A DNA stretch of 64,000 bases from assembly GCA_004524445.1 (NCBI GenBank), contig SDNP01000009.1, positions 1-64,000 of the forward strand, read 5' to 3'. A program made the translations under genes and the position numbers. A model generated the notes under the pieces. The model saw only the letters and a list, made by a program, of their open reading frames with translations. It had not been told where the DNA came from and made no database searches. Below are positions 19,813 through 29,600 of this stretch, piece after piece; the stretch's first letter is position 1; each line of letters starts with the position of its first letter. The stretch comes from Candidatus Thorarchaeota archaeon. Lineage in GTDB: Archaea; Asgardarchaeota; Thorarchaeia; Thorarchaeales; Thorarchaeaceae.

Positions 19813-19879
19813 ATAAGTCCGCTAACATACAACTCATTATTGTCACTTCGTAAGACTGATTTACATATGAATTCTGAAT

Positions 19880-20260
19880 ATGCTTGAGAGGTTCCCATAT
19901 TTGAAAATTAGTGACGTGGAAATTGGAGAAGATGTTCCGGAACTTGCTGTCAGAGTAATGAAAGTCGGGCATCCACGAATAATTCGTACTCGAACTGGAA
20001 AAAAGACCCAATTGACTGAGGTTCTCTTGGGTGACGAAACAGGGACAACGATTTTGACGCTGTGGGGATTTCGAGAAGCTGAAGATTTGGCAGCAGGCAA
20101 GATCATCAAAATCACAGATGGGTGGGCGAAGGAATGGCAAGGCAAGATGCAGTTGACGTTAGGGAGATCGGGTAAGATGGAAGAGGTCCCTGATGATGGT
20201 ACTATCCCCTCCACAAGAGAAATAATAGAAGAGAACAAAGAGGACAAACACATTAAGTAG
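19880..20260 (+). CDS. ssb: Single-OB-fold ssDNA-binding protein (SSB/RPA)
   Basis: GDETGT..LTLWG, KITDGWAKEWQGKMQLTLGRSG. Confidence 0.85.
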   Translation: MLERFPYLKISDVEIGEDVPELAVRVMKVGHPRIIRTRTGKKTQLTEVLLGDETGTTILTLWGFREAEDLAAGKIIKITDGWAKEWQGKMQLTLGRSGKMEEVPDDGTIPSTREIIEENKEDKHIK

Positions 20261-20261
20261 T

Positions 20262-20771
20262 GTGCTTTTCTCATCTGTGATCAATATGGTGCAAGTATAC
20301 CTCTCAGGACCCATAATCCATGAAGGTCTTCGTAAAGACGACTTCTATAAAAGTGTGATAGAGCATCTCGAAAAAAGAGGAATTGATGTTTTTGCGCCTC
20401 AATTCATGGCTTCTACTGATGCAAAACATATCTATGAACGAGATGTAGAACAGGTCAAAAAGTCTGATCTGCTAGTTGCAGAGGTTTCAAGCCCTTCATT
20501 AGGGGTTGGCATGGAATTGATGCTAGCCATAGAACTGGGGAAACCAGTATTGATATTCAGACATCGAGAGTCAGAAAGACTATCACGAATGGTGTTTGGA
20601 GCGACAGGCAAGGTGCTATTCGAATATAGTACTCTGGGTGAAGTCGAAGACATGCTTTCGCAGATTCGTATCGAAGAATTAACTCTCCACCAGTGTACTC
20701 AATGCGACTCTCACGTTGCTGAAGTTCAATCTCGCGGATATAGATGCGTATTCTGTGGTTCAATCAATTAG
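20262..20771 (+). CDS. DNPH1/Rcl-like deoxynucleotide N-hydrolase with C-terminal Zn ribbon
   Basis: VYLSGPI, IYERD, AEVSSPSLGVGMEL; CTQC...CVFC. Confidence 0.82.
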   Translation: MLFSSVINMVQVYLSGPIIHEGLRKDDFYKSVIEHLEKRGIDVFAPQFMASTDAKHIYERDVEQVKKSDLLVAEVSSPSLGVGMELMLAIELGKPVLIFRHRESERLSRMVFGATGKVLFEYSTLGEVEDMLSQIRIEELTLHQCTQCDSHVAEVQSRGYRCVFCGSIN

Positions 20772-21708
20772 GGGTATGGGTCATTTGCAGAACGGATTAA
20801 GAATTGTTGAAGAAGGTCAAGAGCTCAAAGTCATTCTTCTTCTGATTCTCTCAGTTACTATGGTTTCGTCTGCAAGTATACTAATCCGTTATAGTGCATC
20901 TCATCCTCTAGCAATAGTTTTCTGGCGTACACTATATGGATCGATTGTTATGGCCCTAATTGGACTATTTCGAGGTGATACGGGAAAAGTGAAAGAATCA
21001 CAAGCCGTATCCAATTGGCCTTGGCTAGTGCTCATTGGAGTAGTTCTTTCGCTGCACTTTTCTACTTGGTTCACATCCCTATTTCTCACAACTGTTGCAG
21101 CAAGTGTTGTGTTGGTCAACACATCGCCTATATTTACCGCTATATTTTCAACAATTGTTCTGGGCGAATCTCTTAGGAGAAAATCTTGGGCTGGAGTTGT
21201 AATTGCGGTTGCAGGTGCAGTACTATTGGCCTGGAATGACCTCATGACTGTGGGCGCAGGAGCCCTGTTGGGCGACCTTCTCGCACTATCGGGAGCCCTT
21301 TTTTTGGCAATTTATTTTATTGGAGGTAGGCGCTTTGCAAAGGGCATTCCTATAACTGTCTATACAACGATTGTGTACTTGACAGCTGCCGTGGTCACCC
21401 TTGTTGTATGCTTGGCTCTTCAGATTAATGTACTAATATTCAATCCAACTGAGGTTTTGATTTTCCTCGCCTTGGCAATCTTTCCCACTGCGCTCGGCCA
21501 CTCAGTGAATAATTATCTCTTGACGCTTGTTCCCGCCTATGTCGTATCATCTGCAGTCATCGCTGAGCCAGTTGGCGCTACTTTGCTCGCTGTAGTATTT
21601 CTAGGCGAGATTCCAACAGCCTTTACATTTCTTGGATTTGCAATAATCCTAATTGGCGTGTCACTTGTTTTGGTGGATATTGCTCGGGAACGCGAAGAGC
21701 CTTCCTAG
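20716..21708 (+). CDS. EamA/DMT transporter (real start likely about 20777)
   Basis: 10 TM, AIVFWR, TSPIF, GDLLAL, EPVGA. Confidence 0.9.
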   Translation: MLKFNLADIDAYSVVQSIRGMGHLQNGLRIVEEGQELKVILLLILSVTMVSSASILIRYSASHPLAIVFWRTLYGSIVMALIGLFRGDTGKVKESQAVSNWPWLVLIGVVLSLHFSTWFTSLFLTTVAASVVLVNTSPIFTAIFSTIVLGESLRRKSWAGVVIAVAGAVLLAWNDLMTVGAGALLGDLLALSGALFLAIYFIGGRRFAKGIPITVYTTIVYLTAAVVTLVVCLALQINVLIFNPTEVLIFLALAIFPTALGHSVNNYLLTLVPAYVVSSAVIAEPVGATLLAVVFLGEIPTAFTFLGFAIILIGVSLVLVDIAREREEPS

Positions 21709-23219
21709 CCTTTGATTACTCCTAGTGGTCTCAATCTAACAGCATTTGTAGCGATGCCCACTGCGTCCGAAACCCGTACAACTTCGTCAACATCCTTGTA
21801 AGCTCCTGGGGCTTCTTCTGCAATGACAACGCCCTTCGTTGCCTTTACAATGATTCCTCGTTTCTCCAAGTCTGTCTGTACATCTCGACCGTAGAAATCT
21901 TTCTTTGCTTGAGTGCGGCTCATTACCCTTCCAGCTCCATGAGCAGTTGATCCAAAAGTAAGCTCCATACCTCTCTGATCTCCTACTAAGATGTATGAGG
22001 CAGTTCCCATGGTTCCTGGTATGATGACAGGTTGACCAATTTTCTTGTATGCGGCTGGTGTTTCAGGATGTCCTGGTGGAAATGCTCGAGTAGCCCCTTT
22101 TCTGTGCACGACAACTTTTCTTCGTTTTCCATCTATATCATGATGTTCTACTTTGCCCATATTGTGTGCTATGTCATAAATCAGATTCATATCCAGGTCC
22201 CGAGAGCTTTCACCAATGACTCGTGCAAAGGACTCCCGTGCCCAATGGAGCATGGACTGTCTATTTGCAAAGGCGTAATTTGCCGCAGCACTCATTGCCT
22301 TCAGATAATCCTGACCTTCTGGCGAAGTGATAGGCGCACTACAAAGCTGCTTGTCCGGAACCTCAATATTGTACCTCTTCATGGCCTTGTTCATTATTTT
22401 GATATAGTCGCTGCACACTTGGTGCCCAAATCCACGGGACCCACTGTGAATCATTATGGTGACTTGTCCCTCTCTTGTTATCCCCATTGCTTTAGCAGCT
22501 TCCTCGTTGTAGATTTTGTCAACTGCCTGAATCTCTAGGAAATGGTTTCCTGAGCCGAGGGTGCCAACTTGAGATAGCCCTCGTTTCTTGGCTTGATTTG
22601 AAACTTTAGTGGGGTCTGCAAGGTCAATCCTCCCATTTGCTTCCTGGTGCTCAAGATCATCCTCCCATCCATATCCATTCTCAACAGCCCATTTTGCGCC
22701 GCCTGTTAAGACCGCATCCAGTTCACGGTTGTTGTTCAATCTGATATTTCCTTTTCTTCCGATTCCTGTTGGAACTTCATCAAATAGGGTGTCAATCAGC
22801 TGTCGAAGCTTGGGTCTTACATCACTCTCATCAAGTGATGTTCTCATTACTCTTACACCGCAGTTAATATCGTAGCCGACTCCCCCAGGTGAGATAACGC
22901 CATCTTCGTAATCAACAGCAGCTACACCACCTATCGGAAAACCATACCCTTGGTGCCCATCTGGTAGAACAATACTCTTCTTGTATATTCCGGGAAGACT
23001 TGCTGTGTTCACGGCTTGAGTTAAAGTCTTGTCACCCTTAATTTTTTCCAGCAATTTGGGTGAGGCATAGATTCGAACCGGTACTCGCATCCAGGGTTTG
23101 GTGTCCTTGGGAATCTCGTAAATATAATTATCAATCTTATTAATTTGCAACAGTAGCCTCTCCGGGTTGTAATCATTGTTAACTACGTTATACGCGCTAT
23201 AAGGATTTTGAAGTGTCAC
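21705..23219 (-). CDS. rtcB: tRNA-splicing ligase RtcB
   Basis: PDGHQGYGFPIGGV, GYDINCG, GSGNHF, HSGSRG, HRKGAT, STAHGAGR, EEAPGAYK. Confidence 0.97.
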   Translation of the reverse strand: MTLQNPYSAYNVVNNDYNPERLLLQINKIDNYIYEIPKDTKPWMRVPVRIYASPKLLEKIKGDKTLTQAVNTASLPGIYKKSIVLPDGHQGYGFPIGGVAAVDYEDGVISPGGVGYDINCGVRVMRTSLDESDVRPKLRQLIDTLFDEVPTGIGRKGNIRLNNNRELDAVLTGGAKWAVENGYGWEDDLEHQEANGRIDLADPTKVSNQAKKRGLSQVGTLGSGNHFLEIQAVDKIYNEEAAKAMGITREGQVTIMIHSGSRGFGHQVCSDYIKIMNKAMKRYNIEVPDKQLCSAPITSPEGQDYLKAMSAAANYAFANRQSMLHWARESFARVIGESSRDLDMNLIYDIAHNMGKVEHHDIDGKRRKVVVHRKGATRAFPPGHPETPAAYKKIGQPVIIPGTMGTASYILVGDQRGMELTFGSTAHGAGRVMSRTQAKKDFYGRDVQTDLEKRGIIVKATKGVVIAEEAPGAYKDVDEVVRVSDAVGIATNAVRLRPLGVIKG

Positions 23220-23299
23220 CCAGTTAAAATATCGAAATTCTATTAATGGGGTTATGACCCATCATAACAGGGACTACTCCCAAAGAATAATGGAGGTTG

Positions 23300-24343
23300 A
23301 TGTATCAAGTGCCAGAGATGCGATTGACTGCAATGGTTACAACTCATGGATGAAGCTGTAAGATCAAGAAGACGGATTTGACAGCACTACTGCAGAAGGC
23401 CGGGCTTCTTCCGCTTAATGCGTCATGTAGTGACTTGCTTGGCGATGATGCCGTTGTCAAGATTGCAGCCGATGATATTGCTCTTGTTGAGAATGTGGAT
23501 GTATTTACTCCAATAATCGACGACCCCTTTACACAGGGAGAAATCGTAGCATGCAATGCTACCAACGATGTATTCGCTATGGGTGTTGAAAGGATATTGT
23601 CCCTTCAAGCTTTCTTGGCATATCCAGCAGAGATGTCTGATGATATCGCTGTGGGTGTGCTTAAGGGGATGAGCCACTTCATGAGAAACCTCGGCTCGGA
23701 TGTAACAGGTGGTCAGACAATCACCAATCCTTGTCCCGTCTTTGGTGGTATCTGCATTGGTGTAGCACATCCTGATGATGTCATATACTCTTCAGGTGCA
23801 CGACCCGGGGATGCTGTGCTTCTAACAAAACCTCTGGGCATTCAATCTGCCATGAGGTCATATCGAGACCTCAAAGATGAGAAGCGTGATGCACTATTAG
23901 AGAGGTTCACTGAACAAGAGCTTGAAACAATGCAGGATATTGCCATTCGCATAATGACTCAAAGCAATCTTGAGGTTGCGAAGGCAATGCAACACGTTGG
24001 TGCTCATGCTGCCACCGACATAACGGGATTCGGTCTTCTCGGACACGCCGAGAATGTTTCATCTCTCAGTGGAGTAGATATCGTATTCGAATCTCTTCCA
24101 GTGATCCATGGTATTCTGCCATTGGCTGAATACTTTGGTCATAAGGTATCTACCGGATTCGCTGCAGAAACTGCTGGTGGAATGCTAGTCTTTCTCGACC
24201 CCGAAAAAGTAGAGGCCTTCTCTTCTTTACTGCAGGAGTCGAGACTCCCTTGTTGGTCTGTTGGATATGTTTCTGAATCCATGAATACGCCCTCGTCAAG
24301 ACTGGCGGAGGACGTGCAGTTTATTGAGACTGAGTTCCCATGA
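23300..24343 (+). CDS. selD: Selenophosphate synthetase, selenoprotein (Sec at TGA 23351-23353)
   Basis: In-frame extension MYQVPEMRLTAMVTTHG-U-SCK above ORF 23378; GGAGG at 23292; DDA, DVFTPIIDDP, NATNDVFAMG, LTKPLG, TDITGFGLLGH. Confidence 0.93.
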
Positions 24344-24380
24344 TGTTATCAAAAACCAGAATGGAGTGATAACGGAGGAG
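24335..24380 (+). promoter_or_regulatory. Eukaryote-type SECIS element
   Basis: UUCC-C-AUGA-UGUUAUCA-AAAA-CCA(GAA)UGG-AG-UGAUAACG-GA-GGAG. Confidence 0.8.
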
Positions 24381-24397
24381 GGCCGTAGCAAACGGCC
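24381..24397. terminator. GC hairpin immediately after SECIS
   Basis: GGCCGT-AGCAA-ACGGCC. Confidence 0.4.
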
Positions 24398-24451
24398 AGT
24401 CTCATTCTTTCATAAGAAAAAAAGCAATGTTTTCTTGTCAACGACAATCTT

Positions 24452-24649
24452 TCATTCGAGCAGATGATTGAGCTTGGTGAACAGCTCGTCAATTCCCTTA
24501 AGAGGTTCCAAATCTAACTCTGGGGGAATGAATTTGCGTAGCTCAGTTACCTCTGCCTCTTCTATGTCATGGAAGAGCCAAAACTCCCTTGTTGTGACTT
24601 CTTTTGTTTGGGACACTGTTGAATATCTCCGACGAGATAGTATGCTCAT
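24452..24649 (-). CDS. Small hypothetical protein
   Basis: 65-aa ORF filling an intergenic gap; no motif recognised. Confidence 0.4.
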   Translation of the reverse strand: MSILSRRRYSTVSQTKEVTTREFWLFHDIEEAEVTELRKFIPPELDLEPLKGIDELFTKLNHLLE

Positions 24650-24869
24650 TTGGAGTTATTAATTAATCGGTAAAGTTCGTCATTCGACGAATCACTAGAG
24701 TATTTTCGTCATTAGATGATGTATGGACCGTAGCGAAATGCATTGTAAATAGGCAAACAATTTATCACTTAATTATGCAATCAGTGGCATACATACAAGA
24801 GAAGAATCTCGAGTGTCCTATTTTCGAGCATTCTTCCATGGTCGAATCTACAGGAAGAGAGATAGTCAG

Positions 24870-25571
24870 ATGAAGATAGTAGTAACAGGTCCCTATGAAT
24901 CTGGAAAGAGCTTGATGATTCATCACATTACTGATGGTGCTTGCATCAATGTAGAACGACGTGGGACAACGATTGCTATGGATCATGGTGTTGCAAACGT
25001 CGATGGAATGAGTGTTTTCTTGTTTGGGACCCCTGGCCTTCTCAGATTTAGGACAATGCGGAAGATTCTGAGCTCGGGCGCTGATGGAATCATTTTCGTA
25101 GTAGACTCGGTTAATCCTGAATCGGATGCGCGGGCAAAGCTCTTCTTTAGAGAGATCGCCTTTTTCTTGCCTGGAGTTCCTTGCGTTGTAGCAGCAAACA
25201 AACAGGATCTGGATGAAGCACGACCTGTTGATAAATTACGAGAAAGCATGAGTTTCTTGGCTGGTCTTCCTGTAATTCCTGTTTCAGCAAAGACAGGGAA
25301 AAACGTTGAGGGTATGCTGCGAACGCTTCTTTACCTATCCATGATGCAATGGAGCTCCGTCCTTGGTAAAATCGCAGAGTATAGCGGAAACACTAAAGGA
25401 CTGGACAAAATTGTGAAGGATCTGAACATCGAGAGAGACCGTGCAGTTGGCCATCTACGGCGATTTGAGCTTCGAAAATTGCTGACTTTGCAGGTTGGTG
25501 ACGAACAATTTCATGTAAATGAAAATGTGAAGGCTCTTTTGGAGAATCCTGTGCTGATAATGCGTCGCTGA
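24870..25571 (+). CDS. MglA/CvnD-like small GTPase with C-terminal wHTH
   Basis: GPYESGKS, TTIAMDHG, FGTPGL, NKQD, VSAK; start MKIVVTG. Confidence 0.85.
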   Translation: MKIVVTGPYESGKSLMIHHITDGACINVERRGTTIAMDHGVANVDGMSVFLFGTPGLLRFRTMRKILSSGADGIIFVVDSVNPESDARAKLFFREIAFFLPGVPCVVAANKQDLDEARPVDKLRESMSFLAGLPVIPVSAKTGKNVEGMLRTLLYLSMMQWSSVLGKIAEYSGNTKGLDKIVKDLNIERDRAVGHLRRFELRKLLTLQVGDEQFHVNENVKALLENPVLIMRR

Positions 25572-25626
25572 ATCACAATCAGAAAGAATCAAAAGCAGCT
25601 TACACTTCACCCAATCTCACAGAAGA

Positions 25627-26493
25627 ATGGTGCATCCCATGAGTGATGAAGAAGATACTATGGATGATTTGGACCCAGCAGAACTCTTGGAACAGGCCGC
25701 AGAAGCTCTAGATGCTGGTGAGAGTGAGATAGCTGCTAAGATATACAATGCAGCCGGAAATATCTTCATGTCTGTTGCTGAATTTGAAGAGGCTTTAGAT
25801 TCGTTTGAGAAGTCATTGGAGCTTTATGAGGAACTGAAAGAAGAAACAGGGATTGCTGATACATATTACAATCTTGGAGTTGCACACATTAACCTTGAAA
25901 ACTGGATTGAAGCAGATGAAATGCTCCAGTCTTCCATAGAAATGTTCGAGAAGTCATCAAACGAAGAAGGCGTAGCAGATGCTACATACGCTCTCGCCTT
26001 GGCAAAGCTTGGGAAAGGCGAATTTGACACAGCAATGGATTTCTTCAAGCAAGCACAAAAGGCCTATAGAACTGCCAACAATGAACAGGGTCAAGCAAGT
26101 GTGATAATGGACATGGGCAACGCATATGCTGACAAGGAAGATTGGACTAAAGCTGAAAAGACATTCAAAAACGCCCTCAAAATCTACAAGGAGCTTGATG
26201 ACAAGGGGGGAATTGCCGATGCATTGTCACTTCTGGGTGATATCGCAGAGATAAATAACAATCAGAAGAAAGCAGCAGAATATTTCACAGAGGCTGCGGA
26301 ATGCTATCTTGAAGCAGAAATCTACGATATTTCTTTGGAAGTTGTGGAGCGGGCAGAAGCAAAGATGTGGGACATACCGAAGTCTACTCGAAGGCGTCTT
26401 CGGAAACGCTGTGATGCAGTGAGGGATACCCTTCCTGAAGATATTGAAGATGAAGATGATGATGACTTCGACGAGGACCTCCTTGATTTCTAG
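25627..26493 (+). CDS. TPR/SNAP-like repeat protein with acidic termini
   Basis: Repeated A..Y.NLG..H / A...F..AL..Y helices. Confidence 0.88.
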   Translation: MVHPMSDEEDTMDDLDPAELLEQAAEALDAGESEIAAKIYNAAGNIFMSVAEFEEALDSFEKSLELYEELKEETGIADTYYNLGVAHINLENWIEADEMLQSSIEMFEKSSNEEGVADATYALALAKLGKGEFDTAMDFFKQAQKAYRTANNEQGQASVIMDMGNAYADKEDWTKAEKTFKNALKIYKELDDKGGIADALSLLGDIAEINNNQKKAAEYFTEAAECYLEAEIYDISLEVVERAEAKMWDIPKSTRRRLRKRCDAVRDTLPEDIEDEDDDDFDEDLLDF

Positions 26494-26607
26494 TCATCCT
26501 CAATCAACTACTCACTGTCTAGCCGGATCTCCCACCTACCGTTAATGTCCCACTAGAAAACCCTATTTACCAAACGGGCTTCTCTCTCACAGGAGCTACG
26601 CTGCTGG

Positions 26608-29600
26608 ATGTCCATCAATAAAAAACTCGTCGTGTTATTGGTCTCTGTTCTTATTGTGGCCGCCACCAATCTGCCTATCTTGGCTCAGTTCAACGCCACT
26701 CAGTTAGAGGGGCATGTCAAGAGGAGTTCCGCCCTAGCAGCTAGTCTAGCCGCAAGTAGCAGTTCAATACCGTTGCGGCGAGCCATTTTCGTTGCTGCGG
26801 ATTCTGAATCCTACTTGGATGAATTTGCATATATGGCAGCAGTTCCTATGTCTATTTTCTATGATTCTGGAACAAAGTATGTATCCCCTTTGCTCTACTC
26901 TGATGGCAAGGCTAAGCAGGATAATTTGCTAGAAGATTGGGTGGAATATTTGCAGCCAGATGGAGGCATATCTCAGGCGATATCCGTTGGAGATATGTCT
27001 GCATCAAGAATTACTCAGCTCCAGCGTCAGACGGGTACTCGTGTATATCCACAGATTATTGGGCAGACATCCCATGAGATAGCAGCCAAGCTGGCAGCTA
27101 ATGACTGGAACGAATCCGATATTGCTGTTATTGCTTTGGCTAAAGATCACTTCGAGATACCGCTCGTTCAGGCTGAGTCCTCATCTTATGTATTCGAGAA
27201 TATGCAGTTAGAAACAGAGCGCATTGAAAGAGCAGTGCCCATTGACTCACCTCTTCTCGTCAACTTTGAACCTCCAGAAGGCGCTGGCTGGATATATGGG
27301 GTCTTTAATTGGACCACAAGTGACCCCCTAGTTCATCAACTCAGAGATCCAGCAGGAAGAATCGTTGACTACTCCGTTTACAGACAGGCTTTCTTCAAAA
27401 GAAATAGTGCATATGTCAGCAATTTGGTGCCTACCCACTTTTGGCTTCCGAAAAATATGGATGGTACATGGGAAGTGAAAATTGAGCCGGGTGGCACGCT
27501 GATGAACAGCCTACCCATCGATATGACCATCACCTATTATCCTAGTTTCCAGCAAACAATATCAGTGCCAGCGAATGCAAATTGGCTGAATATTACTGCA
27601 GACTGGAGCAATGCTGGCACCATCGTGAACATGGCCCTAATCGATCCTAATGGTAGGATGGTGCAATGGGAGCCTTCTGAGAGTCTGCTATCGGGGGCTG
27701 GTGGGAAGAGTATGGAAATGCCCTATCCTGTGCAAGGAGATTGGAATCTTATCTGTGCATGGATGAATCCAACCGATGAAACCAACGCTCTTGGTGTGGA
27801 TTGGGCTATCAGCACTCTGCCCACGGGAATTGGGGGGTATCTTGAATCTGCATCGAATGGCGCAACACTTGCTTCATTGTTGAACGTACCTCTTTTATAT
27901 GCAAATTCCGATTCACTCCCTGCCATTACCGAATGGGCATTGAGTCGCTTAGGCGTGACGAATACAATTCTTGTTGATCCAGCTGGATTGCAGTCTGGGT
28001 CTTTGTCAAACGATATCACTGCTCTAGTTAATTTAACCAATCTCAATACATATCCTGCTGTTTCCCAAATGATTTCCAGCCTTTCAAACTGCAATGATGT
28101 CATTTTGACCCTTCCATTTGCAAATAATAACGAGCTATTCCCTGCAGCTTCTTTATCAGGCGCATTTCATGGGGCACCTATCTTCTCTTTGGGCGGAGAT
28201 GATAACTCGATGACCACACGTGCCGAAGAAACTTGGGCACCGTATTTGATTGGTCCCAATATTGATATCTTCGTGACGAGAGGATTCGAAAAACGGATAG
28301 AGAATGGATGGTATGATGAACGGATACCGAATATTTATTCCATGTACAATTCGGCTGATTCCTTTGAAGACTTTCTCACACAGCGAGGTGCATATAACGA
28401 TTCAGCGAACCAAAATATACTGATCTTATCTCGGACTGAAACGATAAAACCCAGTTTTGACAGATCACTTCAGAGTCATTTCATACCTGGTCGCATTCCC
28501 GCCGGGACTCCCCAATCAGCAGCCTTCATGATCAATAAGGCTACACTTCATTCATTCATCTTTAGAATTGCTGAATCAGCAGATACATCTCTGCTCACTA
28601 TGTATGCTTACACTGACGGAGATACTTATCTCGATAATTTTGGCAATGCAGTTCAGATACGCCAGTATGACGATATCGAAGCCGAATTATCATCTGTAGG
28701 ATTCAGTATTGAGTCTCATATTGGCGTAAACGAGGTTTTCAATTCACTCAACTCACAAGTTTCTCTATGGTCTTTCAGCACCCATGGAACTCTTAGCCAG
28801 TACCCTGACGACCCTCCACCGCGTCCTAATGGTCTCGGCGTATTTTCCCTTCGCGACGAGGATGCTCCTTACGGATTCGAAGTCAGTCTCTCGGAAACTA
28901 CTGTGGATGATAATTTGGTTAATCCTGTTGTCCACAGCTCTGAGAATGCTCATCATATCACACGAACCACTGATGATTTGGCAGCGTCTGTTGATTACTT
29001 GGGATCTCCCATTGTTACAACCACCGCATGTCTGCTTGGTGGGACAAAGTTGCCAAGAGTTCTAATGGAACGTGGAGCAGTTGCGGTGATAGCTGCACCT
29101 CGAACTGTATATTTCCAGCCTGCTGGTCTTCTTACTGTATACTTCACACAGGCTCTAGCAAATGGCAATTCGACAGGAACTGCGCTGAACTATGCCTTGA
29201 GGTCCGTGTCCTACGATTATACTAACATTCAATCCTACACTCCAAGGGATTATGCCAACCAGCAGATTCTCTTTGGCGATCCATCAATTCTTTTGCTAAA
29301 TCCAAATACTGTGGACCGAGTGCAGTCCGTTGACCCCAATAATACATTCGGCGCCCATACCCCTAACCAAGGAGTCCCCTCCATAGCGGCAATTGGGGCA
29401 ACTTCATATCTCCCGAGCATCTTAGATGATCTTGGTGTTGAACATGAATTCTATATCGAATCAAACCTCTCCGAGTCTTTGCATCTCTTCAGCTTATTCA
29501 AAACAGTAATGATAGAACCTGATATTCTTGATACAATTGACAGCTTCTTCTCCAGCAGAATTGACCTTCTAAGAAGCTTTGTCCGCAGGGGTGGAACGCT

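Noticed and set aside
25569-25650. UGA read-through fusing GTPase and TPR genes
   Set aside because: Read-through is out of frame with the TPR gene and stops at another TGA
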